The notes: generated by a model not told the origin, from the letters alone. A stretch of DNA of 64,000 bases from Flavobacteriales bacterium (GCA_016788295.1 JAEUSY010000049.1:44010-108009); one strand, 5' to 3'. Shown: positions 10,604 to 19,996, counted from the first letter of the stretch. Translations and numbers: made by a program.

Positions 10604-11622
10604 ACCGAACGGGGGCATTGGCGCTGCGTACGGCGGTGGTGGGCATCGGCCTGCTGCTGTTGCTCGCTGTTTCGCCTGTTGAAGTCGTGGAGCCTGCCAA
10701 TGCCTGGGGCTTCTACGGCCACAAACGCATCAATCGGATGGCCTGCTTCACGCTGCCTCCGGAGATGTTCCCCTTCTTCAAGCGCCACATCGATTTCATC
10801 AGCGATCATGCCGTGGATCCCGATCGTAGACGCTATGCGGTGGAAGGGGAGGCCCAGCGCCACTACATCGACATCGATCATTATGCCCATCACGGTCACG
10901 ATCCTTTCGAGTTCGTTCCGCGCCGTTGGAAGGACGCGGTGGCCAAGCTTACCGAGGATACCCTGCAGGCCTACGGCATCGTGCCCTGGCACATCGAGGT
11001 CATGTACTTCAGGTTGGTACAGGCCTTCCAGCGTGGCGATGTGGACCGCATCCTTCGCAATGCCACCGAGTTGGGCCATTACATCGGCGATGCGCATGTG
11101 CCACTGCACACCACCGAGAACTACAATGGCCAGCTCACCAACCAGCATGGTATTCATGCCTTCTGGGAATCGCGCATACCCGAACTGAGCGCCGAGAACT
11201 ATGACCACTTGGTGGGGCGTGCGCTGTACATCACCAAGCCGCTTGATGCCGCGTGGGAGGCTGTACATGCCAGCCATCTGCTGGTGGACAGTGTGCTTGG
11301 CATCGAGCGGGAACTGAGCCTTTCATATCCCGAGGACCGGAAATATGTCTTCGAGGACCGCGGCCGCTCGGGCATGCGCATGTATTCGCGCGAGTTCACC
11401 GCCGCCTACGAAGAGGCCATGAAAGGCATGGTGGAACGTCGCATGAACGCATCCATCATTTCACTGGGTTCGTTCTGGTATTCGGCCTGGGTGGATGCCG
11501 GACAGCCGGACCTTTCACGTATCGAGCAAAAGGAGGTCAGCGACAGCTTGAAGGCCGTGCTCAAGGCAGAGGAAGAGCTGTTCAAGCTGGGGCGTGGTCA
11601 TGGCCGCGACCACCCTGAGTAA
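10600..11622 (+). CDS. Secreted S1/P1 nuclease / zinc-dependent phospholipase C family protein
   Basis: Signal peptide, then WGFYGHKRIN, HYIDID, GHYIGDAHVPLH, GIHAFWES zinc-ligand motifs. Confidence 0.85.
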   Translation: MNRTGALALRTAVVGIGLLLLLAVSPVEVVEPANAWGFYGHKRINRMACFTLPPEMFPFFKRHIDFISDHAVDPDRRRYAVEGEAQRHYIDIDHYAHHGHDPFEFVPRRWKDAVAKLTEDTLQAYGIVPWHIEVMYFRLVQAFQRGDVDRILRNATELGHYIGDAHVPLHTTENYNGQLTNQHGIHAFWESRIPELSAENYDHLVGRALYITKPLDAAWEAVHASHLLVDSVLGIERELSLSYPEDRKYVFEDRGRSGMRMYSREFTAAYEEAMKGMVERRMNASIISLGSFWYSAWVDAGQPDLSRIEQKEVSDSLKAVLKAEEELFKLGRGHGRDHPE

Positions 11623-11628
11623 GTCCAC

Positions 11629-12270
11629 TTAGGACTTGGCCGCCTCAGCCTTCCGACGGGCGACAGGATCTTCGGGCATGGTGCCGAAGATGTGGTCCCA
11701 GAACGGCGAGCTCACACCGAACGCTCCAGTATCACCCACATAATGATGCAGGTTGTGGTGCTTCCAGATCGCGCCAAGGAAATTCTTGGGCGGGTTGTAG
11801 ACGTGGATGGCATAGTGCGCCAGCAGGTAGGTGGCATAGCCCACCATGAAGCCGCCACCGAAAGCCAACCCAGGCATTCCCATCGCCAGGATGTAAAGAC
11901 CAATGAACATGGCCGCTACAAGAGCGCTCATGAGGGGAGGCAGTGCCAGCCGCTTCTTGTCGCGCGGGTGGTCGTGATGCACACCGTGGAAGATGTACTG
12001 GATACGCGCCTTGCGGGGGCTGTCCGTTTCCATGTGATAGAAATATCGATGCACCAGGTATTCCACCAAGGTGAAGAAGAACATGCCCACAACGAACAGC
12101 ACCAGCGAGGTGACCACAGGCTGCTCGAAGCGGGTCAGGGATAACAACAGCGCGGCTGCACCGGTGCCATAGAAAATGGTCAGGGGAAAGGCGATGTGCG
12201 TCTTGGTCATCGCCTCAAGCACCGGGCTCTTGAAAATCCGACCACTATCATTGATGTTCTTAACAGCCAT
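11629..12270 (-). CDS. Fatty acid hydroxylase / sterol desaturase family (FA2H/Scs7-like)
   Basis: His boxes EYLVHRYFYH, FHGVHHDHP, HYAIH, HHNLHH and FGVSSPFWDHIFGT. Start moved to MAVKNI; TACTTTTG -7 motif upstream. Confidence 0.9.
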   Translation of the reverse strand: MAVKNINDSGRIFKSPVLEAMTKTHIAFPLTIFYGTGAAALLLSLTRFEQPVVTSLVLFVVGMFFFTLVEYLVHRYFYHMETDSPRKARIQYIFHGVHHDHPRDKKRLALPPLMSALVAAMFIGLYILAMGMPGLAFGGGFMVGYATYLLAHYAIHVYNPPKNFLGAIWKHHNLHHYVGDTGAFGVSSPFWDHIFGTMPEDPVARRKAEAAKS

Positions 12271-12399
12271 GGACCAATTCTTCGTTTTACGGCCGCAAAA
12301 GTAACGTGGACCGATCACCTGACCACAATGGATCCACCAAGCATATCGGGCGTTGGTGGTGTTGCCATACATTTGCGGCCTCCTGAATAAGGAGCATTC

Positions 12400-12474
12400 G
12401 GGCTATTAGCTCAGCTGGTTCAGAGCACTACCTCGACAAGGTAGGGGTCGCTGGTTCGAATCCGGCATGGCCCA
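12400..12474 (+). tRNA. tRNA-Val(GAC), CCA not encoded
   Basis: Cloverleaf: acceptor GGGCTAT/ATGGCCC, D arm GCTC/GAGC, anticodon stem CTACC/GGTAG with loop TCGACAA, T arm GCTGG-TTCGAAT-CCGGC. TACATTTG promoter at 12368-12375. Confidence 0.95.
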
Positions 12475-12476
12475 CA

Positions 12477-12508
12477 CATCCCGCCCCAACAGGCGGGATG
12501 TTCCATTT
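12477..12508 (+). terminator. Probable terminator hairpin after tRNA-Val
   Basis: CATCCCGCC-N6-GGCGGGATG 9-bp stem followed by TTCCATTT. Confidence 0.6.
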
Positions 12509-12643
12509 CCAGGGATAGGGATATGGGTCTAGGACAACGGTACATCAATTCGCTCATTGGCATCTTCTCCAGGCGAACTTCAACTTGCGTTCTCCGTGAT
12601 CGTGCCATCTTCGCGACTGGTTTGTCCAATCAATCAAAGCGAA

Positions 12644-13603
12644 ATGAAACGACCCTTACTCGCCTTTTTAGCCCTCACTGGTCTGCTGGCATCGGCCAAT
12701 GCCCAAGAGGACATTGATGCAAAGGCCCGCGAAGCGGCAGCTGAAAAAGCCCGCGCACGCCACGTATCCGATTCCACCGATGGTAAGTGGATCAAGAGCG
12801 GCGTGTTCAACATCAACATGACACAGGTGAACCTGACCAACTGGGCCGCTGGTGGTTTCAGTTCCGTTAGTGGTCTCGCCATGTTCAACGGAACCGCCAA
12901 CTGGAAGAAAGGCCGGAAGGCTTGGGACAACAGCCTGATCCTGGCTTTCGGGGGTCAGCACATCCATGATGGAACCGACCCACAGAAGACCGACGACCGT
13001 ATTGAACTGAACACGAAATACGGCTACGAACTGCACAAGGCTTGGTACCTGGCCGCTGTGTTCCAGTTCAAGACCCAGTTCACCGAGGGTTTTAATCCTG
13101 AAGGCTTCCGCATCTCGAACCTGATGGCCCCTGCGTACACCTTGGCGGGTCTCGGTTTCGACTACAAACCTTCGGATAAGTTCACCCTCTTCGTTTCACC
13201 GGTCACGGCCCGTTTGGTGATCGTGAACGACGAAACGCTGTGGTATGGGTCCACTGACCCTGAGCTCCGCGTGTACGGCGTGAAGAATGGCGAGACCACG
13301 GCACTGGAGCTCGGGGGCTATGCCCGTCTGCAATACACCACACAATTGGCCGAGAACATCACGTTCATGACCCGTGCGGACGCGTTCAGCAACTACCTGC
13401 GGAACCCCGAGAATATCGATGTGACCTGGGAGACCTTGTTCACGTTCAAGGTGAACAGCTGGTTCGCGGCCACCCTGAACACGGTGTTGCTGTACGACCA
13501 CGACACCAAGTTCCTCCGCTTCGACGATGCCAACCAGCCCTACTTGGGACCGGCCACGCAGTTCAAGGAGTCCTTGGGCATCGGCCTCACCTTCAAGATC
13601 TGA
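12644..13603 (+). CDS. DUF3078-type outer-membrane beta-barrel protein
   Basis: Signal peptide, W..SG.F.INMTQVNLTNWAAGG, KTDDRIELNTKYG, C-terminal aromatic GIGLTFKI. Start moved to MKRPLL. Confidence 0.85.
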   Translation: MKRPLLAFLALTGLLASANAQEDIDAKAREAAAEKARARHVSDSTDGKWIKSGVFNINMTQVNLTNWAAGGFSSVSGLAMFNGTANWKKGRKAWDNSLILAFGGQHIHDGTDPQKTDDRIELNTKYGYELHKAWYLAAVFQFKTQFTEGFNPEGFRISNLMAPAYTLAGLGFDYKPSDKFTLFVSPVTARLVIVNDETLWYGSTDPELRVYGVKNGETTALELGGYARLQYTTQLAENITFMTRADAFSNYLRNPENIDVTWETLFTFKVNSWFAATLNTVLLYDHDTKFLRFDDANQPYLGPATQFKESLGIGLTFKI

Positions 13604-13622
13604 TCGCGTTAAATGTTCATGG

Positions 13623-13647
13623 AAAGGGCTGCTTCGGCGGCCCTTTT
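13623..13647. terminator. Bidirectional intrinsic terminator
   Basis: AAAGGGCTGC-TTCG-GCGGCCCTTTT between convergent genes. Confidence 0.85.
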
Positions 13648-15575
13648 CATTTTACAGGGAACCGACCAAGTCCAGCGAACGGTTCAACCAGACCGAATTG
13701 CACGGGGTTCTCCCGTCGCACCCTGATCGTAATGCGGTCAACGAACAAAGGTCCGCGGTCACGGACATGGATATAGGTCTTCAATCGCACAGGGCCCTTG
13801 ACCTTGCCAGCATCCCCAAGGCGCGTGGCCACCACAATGCTGGCCGAACGCTGACCGGGTAACAGGCCGGCCACATCCCCCCCCCGATAGAACACCGTGC
13901 TGTCACCAACAAAAAGGTGGGCGATAAGCCCGGCATCGCGCACGGGAGCAGGCGACCAAACATCGGTCACGACCTCGATCTGTTGCTGTGGATGGGTGAC
14001 CAGGGTATCGAAAAGAGCCTCGAACGCTACGCCGAACTCGCGGCCGGTGAGGTCCCAGGAGAATACTCCACTGTCGCGCTCCACCACGGGAATATCGGTG
14101 TGCACATCCCACCCGGAAGGCCATCGGGTGGAGGGAGAGGCCTCGGCCAATACGGAGCGGTCATCCATGGTAAGGTACCCCGGCACTTTGGAGAACAGTG
14201 CCCACTGTCCCTCATTCATATCGCGCCGCTTGATCAAGTAGGGAAAGTGCGTCTGAACCCGGGCCGTTCGCTCCGGCACCGCGCCATTGCTCTGCCCCAG
14301 GAACACGTACTGTCCTTGCCAATTCCTCAACAGGCTGTCCAATTGATCATCGCCCAAGCCTTGCAGTTGCACCATGGGCAACTGCTCCTGCGATATGGCC
14401 AGGTGCTCGGTGTAGAAGCGGACCATGTGGTCTGGAGCGTCCATCAGCACGGCCACCTCTGCCTGCCCCAGTTCGCTGGCAGCGCGAGCTCCGTTCTTCA
14501 CGAAGGCCTCGTACTTGGAGGCGTACATCAGGTCGAAATGGCGCCGTTCATTCACCAAGGTCATCACCGCGGTGAACGCCAATACCCCGGTTATCCCCTT
14601 TGTCCAGAAACGCGGTAGTCGCCTCAAGCCACCAAGCACAAGGAGCGCGAGGTACGGAAAGGAGAAGAGCAGCACCGAGTGTTGGATGACCGGGGCACGC
14701 CAGATGGAATAGCCGAGACCGATGGCCATGGGTAATAGCCCCCACAAAGGCAGGAACCAATTCGCAGGGTCGGCACCGTTCCGGTCCTTCAGTCTTCCAA
14801 ATACTGATAGCACGGCCAGCAGCCCAAGCAGACCGGCCAACGCCCATGAACCATGGGCCACCCACCATAGGTGCTCCAATACCCAGGTACCCGTGGGAGG
14901 GGCCAACCATTCCGACAGGCCACCCAGCCCTAATTGGATGATGAAAATGGGCAGGTTGGGCAGGTACAGAAAAGCTGCAATGCCACAGGCCATGAGGTAG
15001 GCCTTCCTTTGGTCGCGCGCTACCATCATCATACCTGTAGCGGCCATCAGCGCGGCCAACATCAAGGCGAAGTGGTGCGTATAGGCACTGAGCACCATGG
15101 CGAACGCAGCACCGACCAAGGCCTTCTTGTTGTTGAAAGCCAGATAGCGCGTTAGCTGGTCGGCAAGCAGGGCCGTGGTGAAGAGTCCTGCCGAATAGGG
15201 CCGCGCGATCTGACCATAGAGCACGCTGTATTGCAAAGTCCCCAGCAGTGCGGTGAGCAGCAGGGCTGGGGCTGGTCCGGTCCATGCCAAGGCAAAGCGA
15301 TAGAGCAGCAACATGGCCAGAAGGCTCATCACGATGAACGGAAGCTTCACATCAGCCTCGTTCCGTCCGAACACCTTCGTCCATACCCATTCGAACACCT
15401 GTACGCCGGGGGGGTGTGTGTCCAATTCGGCCACGCCGGTGCTGATGGTCTCGCCCAACGAGGGGTAGATCCGCACGAGGGCGCTCAGCTCATCGTGGGT
15501 GTAGGCCAGTTCAGGAAGGTTCCAGAAGCGAAGTACTGCGGCGAGCGCGAGCAGGATCAGAAAGGTGGAGCGCAT
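13647..15575 (-). CDS. GT-C fold glycosyltransferase (ArnT/PMT, GT39/GT83-like)
   Basis: LRFWNL...YTHDELS, DTHPPG, QIARPYS, YTHHFA motifs, multiple TM helices and a soluble C-terminal domain. Start moved to MRSTFL. Confidence 0.82.
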   Translation of the reverse strand: MRSTFLILLALAAVLRFWNLPELAYTHDELSALVRIYPSLGETISTGVAELDTHPPGVQVFEWVWTKVFGRNEADVKLPFIVMSLLAMLLLYRFALAWTGPAPALLLTALLGTLQYSVLYGQIARPYSAGLFTTALLADQLTRYLAFNNKKALVGAAFAMVLSAYTHHFALMLAALMAATGMMMVARDQRKAYLMACGIAAFLYLPNLPIFIIQLGLGGLSEWLAPPTGTWVLEHLWWVAHGSWALAGLLGLLAVLSVFGRLKDRNGADPANWFLPLWGLLPMAIGLGYSIWRAPVIQHSVLLFSFPYLALLVLGGLRRLPRFWTKGITGVLAFTAVMTLVNERRHFDLMYASKYEAFVKNGARAASELGQAEVAVLMDAPDHMVRFYTEHLAISQEQLPMVQLQGLGDDQLDSLLRNWQGQYVFLGQSNGAVPERTARVQTHFPYLIKRRDMNEGQWALFSKVPGYLTMDDRSVLAEASPSTRWPSGWDVHTDIPVVERDSGVFSWDLTGREFGVAFEALFDTLVTHPQQQIEVVTDVWSPAPVRDAGLIAHLFVGDSTVFYRGGDVAGLLPGQRSASIVVATRLGDAGKVKGPVRLKTYIHVRDRGPLFVDRITIRVRRENPVQFGLVEPFAGLGRFPVK

Positions 15576-15638
15576 CCATGGCTCACCGGGCAGGGATGCC
15601 TTACCGTATCGTGCGATGTATTGCCGCCAATGCATGCT

Positions 15639-16085
15639 CTATCCTTCGCGCTCCATGTCGCGCTTCACATCCTTGGCTTTCAGGCTTTCACGCTTATCGA
15701 AGGTCTTCTTGCCCTTGGCCAGCGCGATCTCCATCTTAGCGAAGCCATTGACCGCGAAGAAGAGCCGCACGGGGACGATGGTCATGCCCGCATCCTTCAA
15801 CTTCCGCTTCAGCTTGTCCAATTCCTTGCGCTGCAGCAGGAGCTTGCGGTCGCGCTTGGGCTCATGCACGTAATGCACGTTGGTGCCATAGGGGTTGATC
15901 TGCATGTTGCGCACCACGAGCTCGTCGCCGATGAACGCACAGAACGCTTCGCTGATGCTGGCCCCGCCTGCCCGTATGCTCTTGATCTCGGACCCCATCA
16001 GCACCATGCCGCACGTGTAGGAGTCCAGAAGATGATACTCGTACTCGGCTTTTCGGTTCTTGACCTCGATGGGGCTGGTGGCCAT
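15639..16085 (-). CDS. smpB: SsrA-binding protein
   Basis: KNRKAEYEY...GMVLMGSEIKSIR...RDRKLLL...IALAKGKKTFDKRESLK. Confidence 0.97.
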   Translation of the reverse strand: MATSPIEVKNRKAEYEYHLLDSYTCGMVLMGSEIKSIRAGGASISEAFCAFIGDELVVRNMQINPYGTNVHYVHEPKRDRKLLLQRKELDKLKRKLKDAGMTIVPVRLFFAVNGFAKMEIALAKGKKTFDKRESLKAKDVKRDMEREG

Positions 16086-16167
16086 GGGCTAAAGGACTGC
16101 GCCCGAAAATGCGGGCAAGGCGCGAAGCTACGGGCGATGCACCACCTGAGGAGGCTCGATGTTGTAT

Positions 16168-16989
16168 TCAACCCAAAGCGACGTCCAGCACCATCATCAC
16201 GATGAAGCCTCCGATGAAACCCAACGTGGCAATGTCGGTGTACTTGTCGAGCTGCGTTTCGGGGATCACTTCCTCCACCACTACGTAGATCATGGCACCA
16301 GCGGCGAAGGCCAATGCATAGGGCAGCAGTGGTTGCATGTGCATTACGGCCACCGCACCCACCACTCCGGCCACCGGTTCCACAATCGCGCTGAGCTGGC
16401 CATACCAGAAGCTGCGGAACCTGCTCAGGCCTTGGCGGCGTAGCGGCATGCTCACTGCGAAACCTTCGGGAAAGTTCTGGAGCCCGATACCTATGGCCAG
16501 GGCCACGGCACCACCAATGCTGGCCTCGGGCATTCCGGCCGCCACACCTCCGAACAGTACACCCACCGCCAATCCCTCGGGAATGTTATGCAGGGTGATG
16601 GCCAATACGAGCAAGGTCGTCTTATGCCACTGAGTTGCCGGACCTTCCGTTCGTGCGGGATCGAAGTTGATATGCAGGTGTGGCAGGGCCTTGTCCAAGC
16701 CGAACAGGAAAAGCGCACCTGCCGCGAACCCTAAGGCCGGCGCCAACCAAGGGATGTTGCCCATGCGCTCGCTCATTTCGATACTGGGTGCCAACAGGCT
16801 CCAAAAGCTGGCGGCCACCATCACACCACCGGTGAAGCCGAGCATGCCGTCCAACCACTTGCGAGATGCATGGCCCACAACGAACACTAACGCTGAGCCT
16901 GCTGCCGTGACCAACCAGGTGAAGGTGGTCGCGATGAACGCCCCGGTCACAGGGTCGATCCGTTCGAAGAAACCCAATATGGCTTCCAT
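16168..16989 (-). CDS. ZIP family divalent metal transporter (ZupT/GufA-like)
   Basis: AITLHNIPEGLAVG, IGLQNFPEG, GQLSAIVEP, YVVVEEVIPE. Confidence 0.93.
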   Translation of the reverse strand: MEAILGFFERIDPVTGAFIATTFTWLVTAAGSALVFVVGHASRKWLDGMLGFTGGVMVAASFWSLLAPSIEMSERMGNIPWLAPALGFAAGALFLFGLDKALPHLHINFDPARTEGPATQWHKTTLLVLAITLHNIPEGLAVGVLFGGVAAGMPEASIGGAVALAIGIGLQNFPEGFAVSMPLRRQGLSRFRSFWYGQLSAIVEPVAGVVGAVAVMHMQPLLPYALAFAAGAMIYVVVEEVIPETQLDKYTDIATLGFIGGFIVMMVLDVALG

Positions 16990-16991
16990 GT

Positions 16992-17657
16992 TCAGAGAGG
17001 CTTTACGGTAAGGTTCCGGCTCACTTGTTCGTTCAAGAGCAGACCGTTGCGGAATCGGCTGCTCACCTCTACCGAGTTGTCGTACTCGAACCTGCGATTC
17101 ACGGTCAACTGGGTGCCCAGCTTCAGCCCAAGGCCATCGAGCAGCTTGAGGAAGGCGGGAGAGGAGTCCTTCACCCCGACAATATGGACCAGGGTGTCCT
17201 TGGGCACTTCGGCGAGAGGCAATGCTCCGGCCATATCGATCATGCGACCGTCCTTGTCTGGTATGGGGTCGCCATGAGGATCGAACTTGGGGTGGTCCAT
17301 GAACTTGTCCAACCGATCATGAAGCTCGTCGGAGTCGATGTGCTCCAATTGCTCGGCCAGGTCGTGCACCTCGTCCCAACGAAAGTTCAAGTGGTTCACA
17401 AGGAAGGTTTCCCAGAGCCGATGCCTGCGAATGACCCGTGTGGCGATCCGGTTGCCGGGCTCTGTGAGGAGCACCCCGTGGTAGGGTTTGTGGTCCACCA
17501 ATCCCTTCTCACTAAGGCGCTTCACCATCTCGGTGACCGAGGAGGCCTTGGTGCGCAACTGTGCCGCTATGGCAGTGGTGCTTCCCCCATGTTCCCCTTG
17601 TTCGGTAATGGTGAAGATGGCCTTGAGACAATTCTCCTCAGAACGCGTGTATGTCAT
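16992..17657 (-). CDS. mntR: DtxR/MntR family metal-dependent transcriptional regulator with FeoA-like C-terminal domain
   Basis: EENCLKAIF, HTH ASSVTEMVKRL, RRHRLWETFL, VHDLAEQLEH, PKFDPHGDPIP. Confidence 0.9.
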   Translation of the reverse strand: MTYTRSEENCLKAIFTITEQGEHGGSTTAIAAQLRTKASSVTEMVKRLSEKGLVDHKPYHGVLLTEPGNRIATRVIRRHRLWETFLVNHLNFRWDEVHDLAEQLEHIDSDELHDRLDKFMDHPKFDPHGDPIPDKDGRMIDMAGALPLAEVPKDTLVHIVGVKDSSPAFLKLLDGLGLKLGTQLTVNRRFEYDNSVEVSSRFRNGLLLNEQVSRNLTVKPL

Positions 17658-17677
17658 TGCAGCACAGGAGTATGAGA

Positions 17678-17685
17678 CAAATGTA
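17678..17685 (-). promoter_or_regulatory. Bacteroidota sigma -7 element for mntR-ZIP
   Basis: TACATTTG, an exact TAnnTTTG match, about 20 nt upstream of the mntR ATG. Confidence 0.7.
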
Positions 17686-17692
17686 AGATATA

Positions 17693-17710
17693 ATTTAGCT
17701 ATACCTAAAT
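17693..17710. promoter_or_regulatory. DtxR/MntR-type operator
   Basis: ATTTAG-CTATAC-CTAAAT inverted repeat in the AT-rich spacer between divergent mntR and TonB receptor genes. Confidence 0.8.
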
Positions 17711-17717
17711 ATGGGTG

Positions 17718-17725
17718 TAGTTTTG
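17718..17725 (+). promoter_or_regulatory. Bacteroidota sigma -7 element for the TonB receptor gene
   Basis: TAGTTTTG exact consensus match. Confidence 0.7.
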
Positions 17726-17743
17726 CCGCAGGACGTGATCGAT

Positions 17744-19996
17744 ATGTGGAGGGCGCTCATCATCAGCCTTTTGTGTAGTAGTGCCCTACAGGCTCTCGTG
17801 GCACAGCCTTGTGTTGTAATAGGCGTCGTCCGCGATGCGAATTCACCCTTGCCGGGTGTCAATGTGGCACTGATCGGTTCAATGAATGGTTCCTCTACCG
17901 ACGCCCAAGGAAGGTTCAAATTGGCCATCGCGCAGACAGGGCCTCAAGTGATCCGGTTCTCGTTCCTGGGATACGGAACTGTGGAACGGACCTTCATGTC
18001 AGAACCCGGCCAGACCTTCGACCTGGGCACCATCACGCTGACCCGGAACGCCACCGAACTGGGCGAAGTGGTCGTGAGCGGAACGCTCAGCGCCGTTAGT
18101 CGCGATGCGAGCCCGATACCCGTGGAAGTGATCACCCCGATGCTCTTTCGGCGCAACCCTGAGCCCAGCCTGATAGGCTCCATCGGCATGGTGAACGGCG
18201 TGCGCCCACAGATCAACTGTAGTGTGTGCAACACGGGCGACATCCACATCAACGGCATGGAAGGACCCTATACAATGGTGCTGATCGACGGCATGCCCAT
18301 CGTGAGCTCATTGGGTACGGTGTACGGTCTGAGCGGGATCCCGACCAGCCTGATCGAACGCGTGGAAGTGGTGAAAGGTCCCGGTAGTGCACTCTACGGA
18401 AGTGAGGCCATGGGGGGCATCATCAACGTCATTACAAAAGATCCTGTGCTGGCACCCCGACTCGCGCTTGACCTTTCAGGCACCACCTGGAGCGAATACA
18501 ACGCCGACCTGGGGATCAAGCTGGGCAACGATCGGTTCAGCGACCTGATCGGGGTGAACGTGTTCTCGTACGGAGACCCGCGCGATGACAACGGCGATGG
18601 ATTCACGGACCTTACCCTGCAGCAACGCGTCTCGGTGTTCAACAAGCTCGCCTTGCGAAGGCCGGGGAGAAAGCCCGCCAGCCTTGCCACGCGCTACTTG
18701 ACCGAGGACCGGTGGGGAGGGCAGATGAACTGGACGCCGGAATTCGCAGGAGGCGACAGCATTTATGGAGAGAGCATCAGTACCCACCGCTGGGAGGCGA
18801 TCGGGCAATACCAATTGAACGTGCCGGGTACCGCCATGGTCCAGTTCAGCGCCATTGGCCACCATCAGCGCTCGTTCTATGGCCTGACGCCATACAACGC
18901 GGACCAGGCCGTGTACTTTGGCCAGATATATTGGAACCGGAAGCTCGGTCCGCGCTCGAATTTCCTTGCAGGGTTGGCTTACCGGTACAGCATCTACGAC
19001 GACAACACGCCAGCCACCGAGGTGCGGAACGGACCCGAGGCTACCACGAACGCCCCGGAGATCAGACCCTTGCCGGGGCTCTTCCTTCAGGAGGACTGGA
19101 TGCTGACCGAAGCGCATGAGTTGTTGATGGGCTACCGATTGGACCACGACCAAGACCATGGGCTGGTGCATTCGCCTCGCCTGGCGTACAAATGGGCGCC
19201 CAGTGGCCGGTGGACCCTACGGGTAAGCTTCGGTAGCGGGTTCAGGGTGGTCAACCTCTTCACTGAGGAACACGCGGCACTTACCGGCTCGCGCATCGTT
19301 GTTGTGGCCGAGGACCTTCTCCCCGAACGATCGTGGAACGGAACGCTGAACCTGGTCCGTAAGTGGTCGAACGAGAAACGGTTCATTGGTCTCGATGCTT
19401 CGTTGTTCCACACATGGTTCAGCAACCGGATCATACCGGACTACGCAACGGACCCCGACCTGATCATCTACACCAACCTCAGTGGATACGGCGTGGCGCA
19501 AGGAGCAGCCCTGCAACTGGAGACCCGCTGGGGCAAAGGCTTCAAGGCCTTGGCTGGTGTTACATGGATGAACGTCTACACCGTTGAGCTCGGCGTTCAA
19601 CAGGAACAGCTGTTCGCGCCGCAATGGCAGGGAACCTTCACCCTCAGCCAGGAACTTCCGCATCGGTTCACCGTGGACCTTACCGGTCAATGGTACGGCC
19701 CCATGCTACTGCCCGTGGTGCCGAACGATCCGCGACCGGAATACTCGCCATGGTACGCCTTGGTGAACGTGCAGGCCCGCCATCGGTTCAGCGACCGGTT
19801 CGAGGTGTACGGCGGTGTCCGCAACCTGCTCGACTTCGTGCCCCAAGACCCCTTGCTGCGACCATTCGACCCCTTCGATCGTACGGTGAACGACCCCGTG
19901 GGCAATCCCTATGGGCACAGCTTCGACGCGAGTTACATGTATGCACCGCTTCAAGGCGTTCGAGGTTTCATGGGCATTCGCGTAACGCTCGAATAG
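17744..19996 (+). CDS. TonB-dependent receptor with N-terminal CarboxypepD_reg-like domain, probably for a metal
   Basis: Signal peptide, PLPGVNV...GSSTDAQGRF, LGEVVVSG, plug with IERVEVVKGPGSALYGSEAMGGIINVIT, terminal GIRVTLE. Start moved to MWRALI. Confidence 0.92.
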   Translation: MWRALIISLLCSSALQALVAQPCVVIGVVRDANSPLPGVNVALIGSMNGSSTDAQGRFKLAIAQTGPQVIRFSFLGYGTVERTFMSEPGQTFDLGTITLTRNATELGEVVVSGTLSAVSRDASPIPVEVITPMLFRRNPEPSLIGSIGMVNGVRPQINCSVCNTGDIHINGMEGPYTMVLIDGMPIVSSLGTVYGLSGIPTSLIERVEVVKGPGSALYGSEAMGGIINVITKDPVLAPRLALDLSGTTWSEYNADLGIKLGNDRFSDLIGVNVFSYGDPRDDNGDGFTDLTLQQRVSVFNKLALRRPGRKPASLATRYLTEDRWGGQMNWTPEFAGGDSIYGESISTHRWEAIGQYQLNVPGTAMVQFSAIGHHQRSFYGLTPYNADQAVYFGQIYWNRKLGPRSNFLAGLAYRYSIYDDNTPATEVRNGPEATTNAPEIRPLPGLFLQEDWMLTEAHELLMGYRLDHDQDHGLVHSPRLAYKWAPSGRWTLRVSFGSGFRVVNLFTEEHAALTGSRIVVVAEDLLPERSWNGTLNLVRKWSNEKRFIGLDASLFHTWFSNRIIPDYATDPDLIIYTNLSGYGVAQGAALQLETRWGKGFKALAGVTWMNVYTVELGVQQEQLFAPQWQGTFTLSQELPHRFTVDLTGQWYGPMLLPVVPNDPRPEYSPWYALVNVQARHRFSDRFEVYGGVRNLLDFVPQDPLLRPFDPFDRTVNDPVGNPYGHSFDASYMYAPLQGVRGFMGIRVTLE

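Noticed and set aside
17625-17640. EENC instead of the usual EENY in MntR
   Set aside because: A single substitution with the metal ligands otherwise intact; nothing can be concluded from sequence alone.
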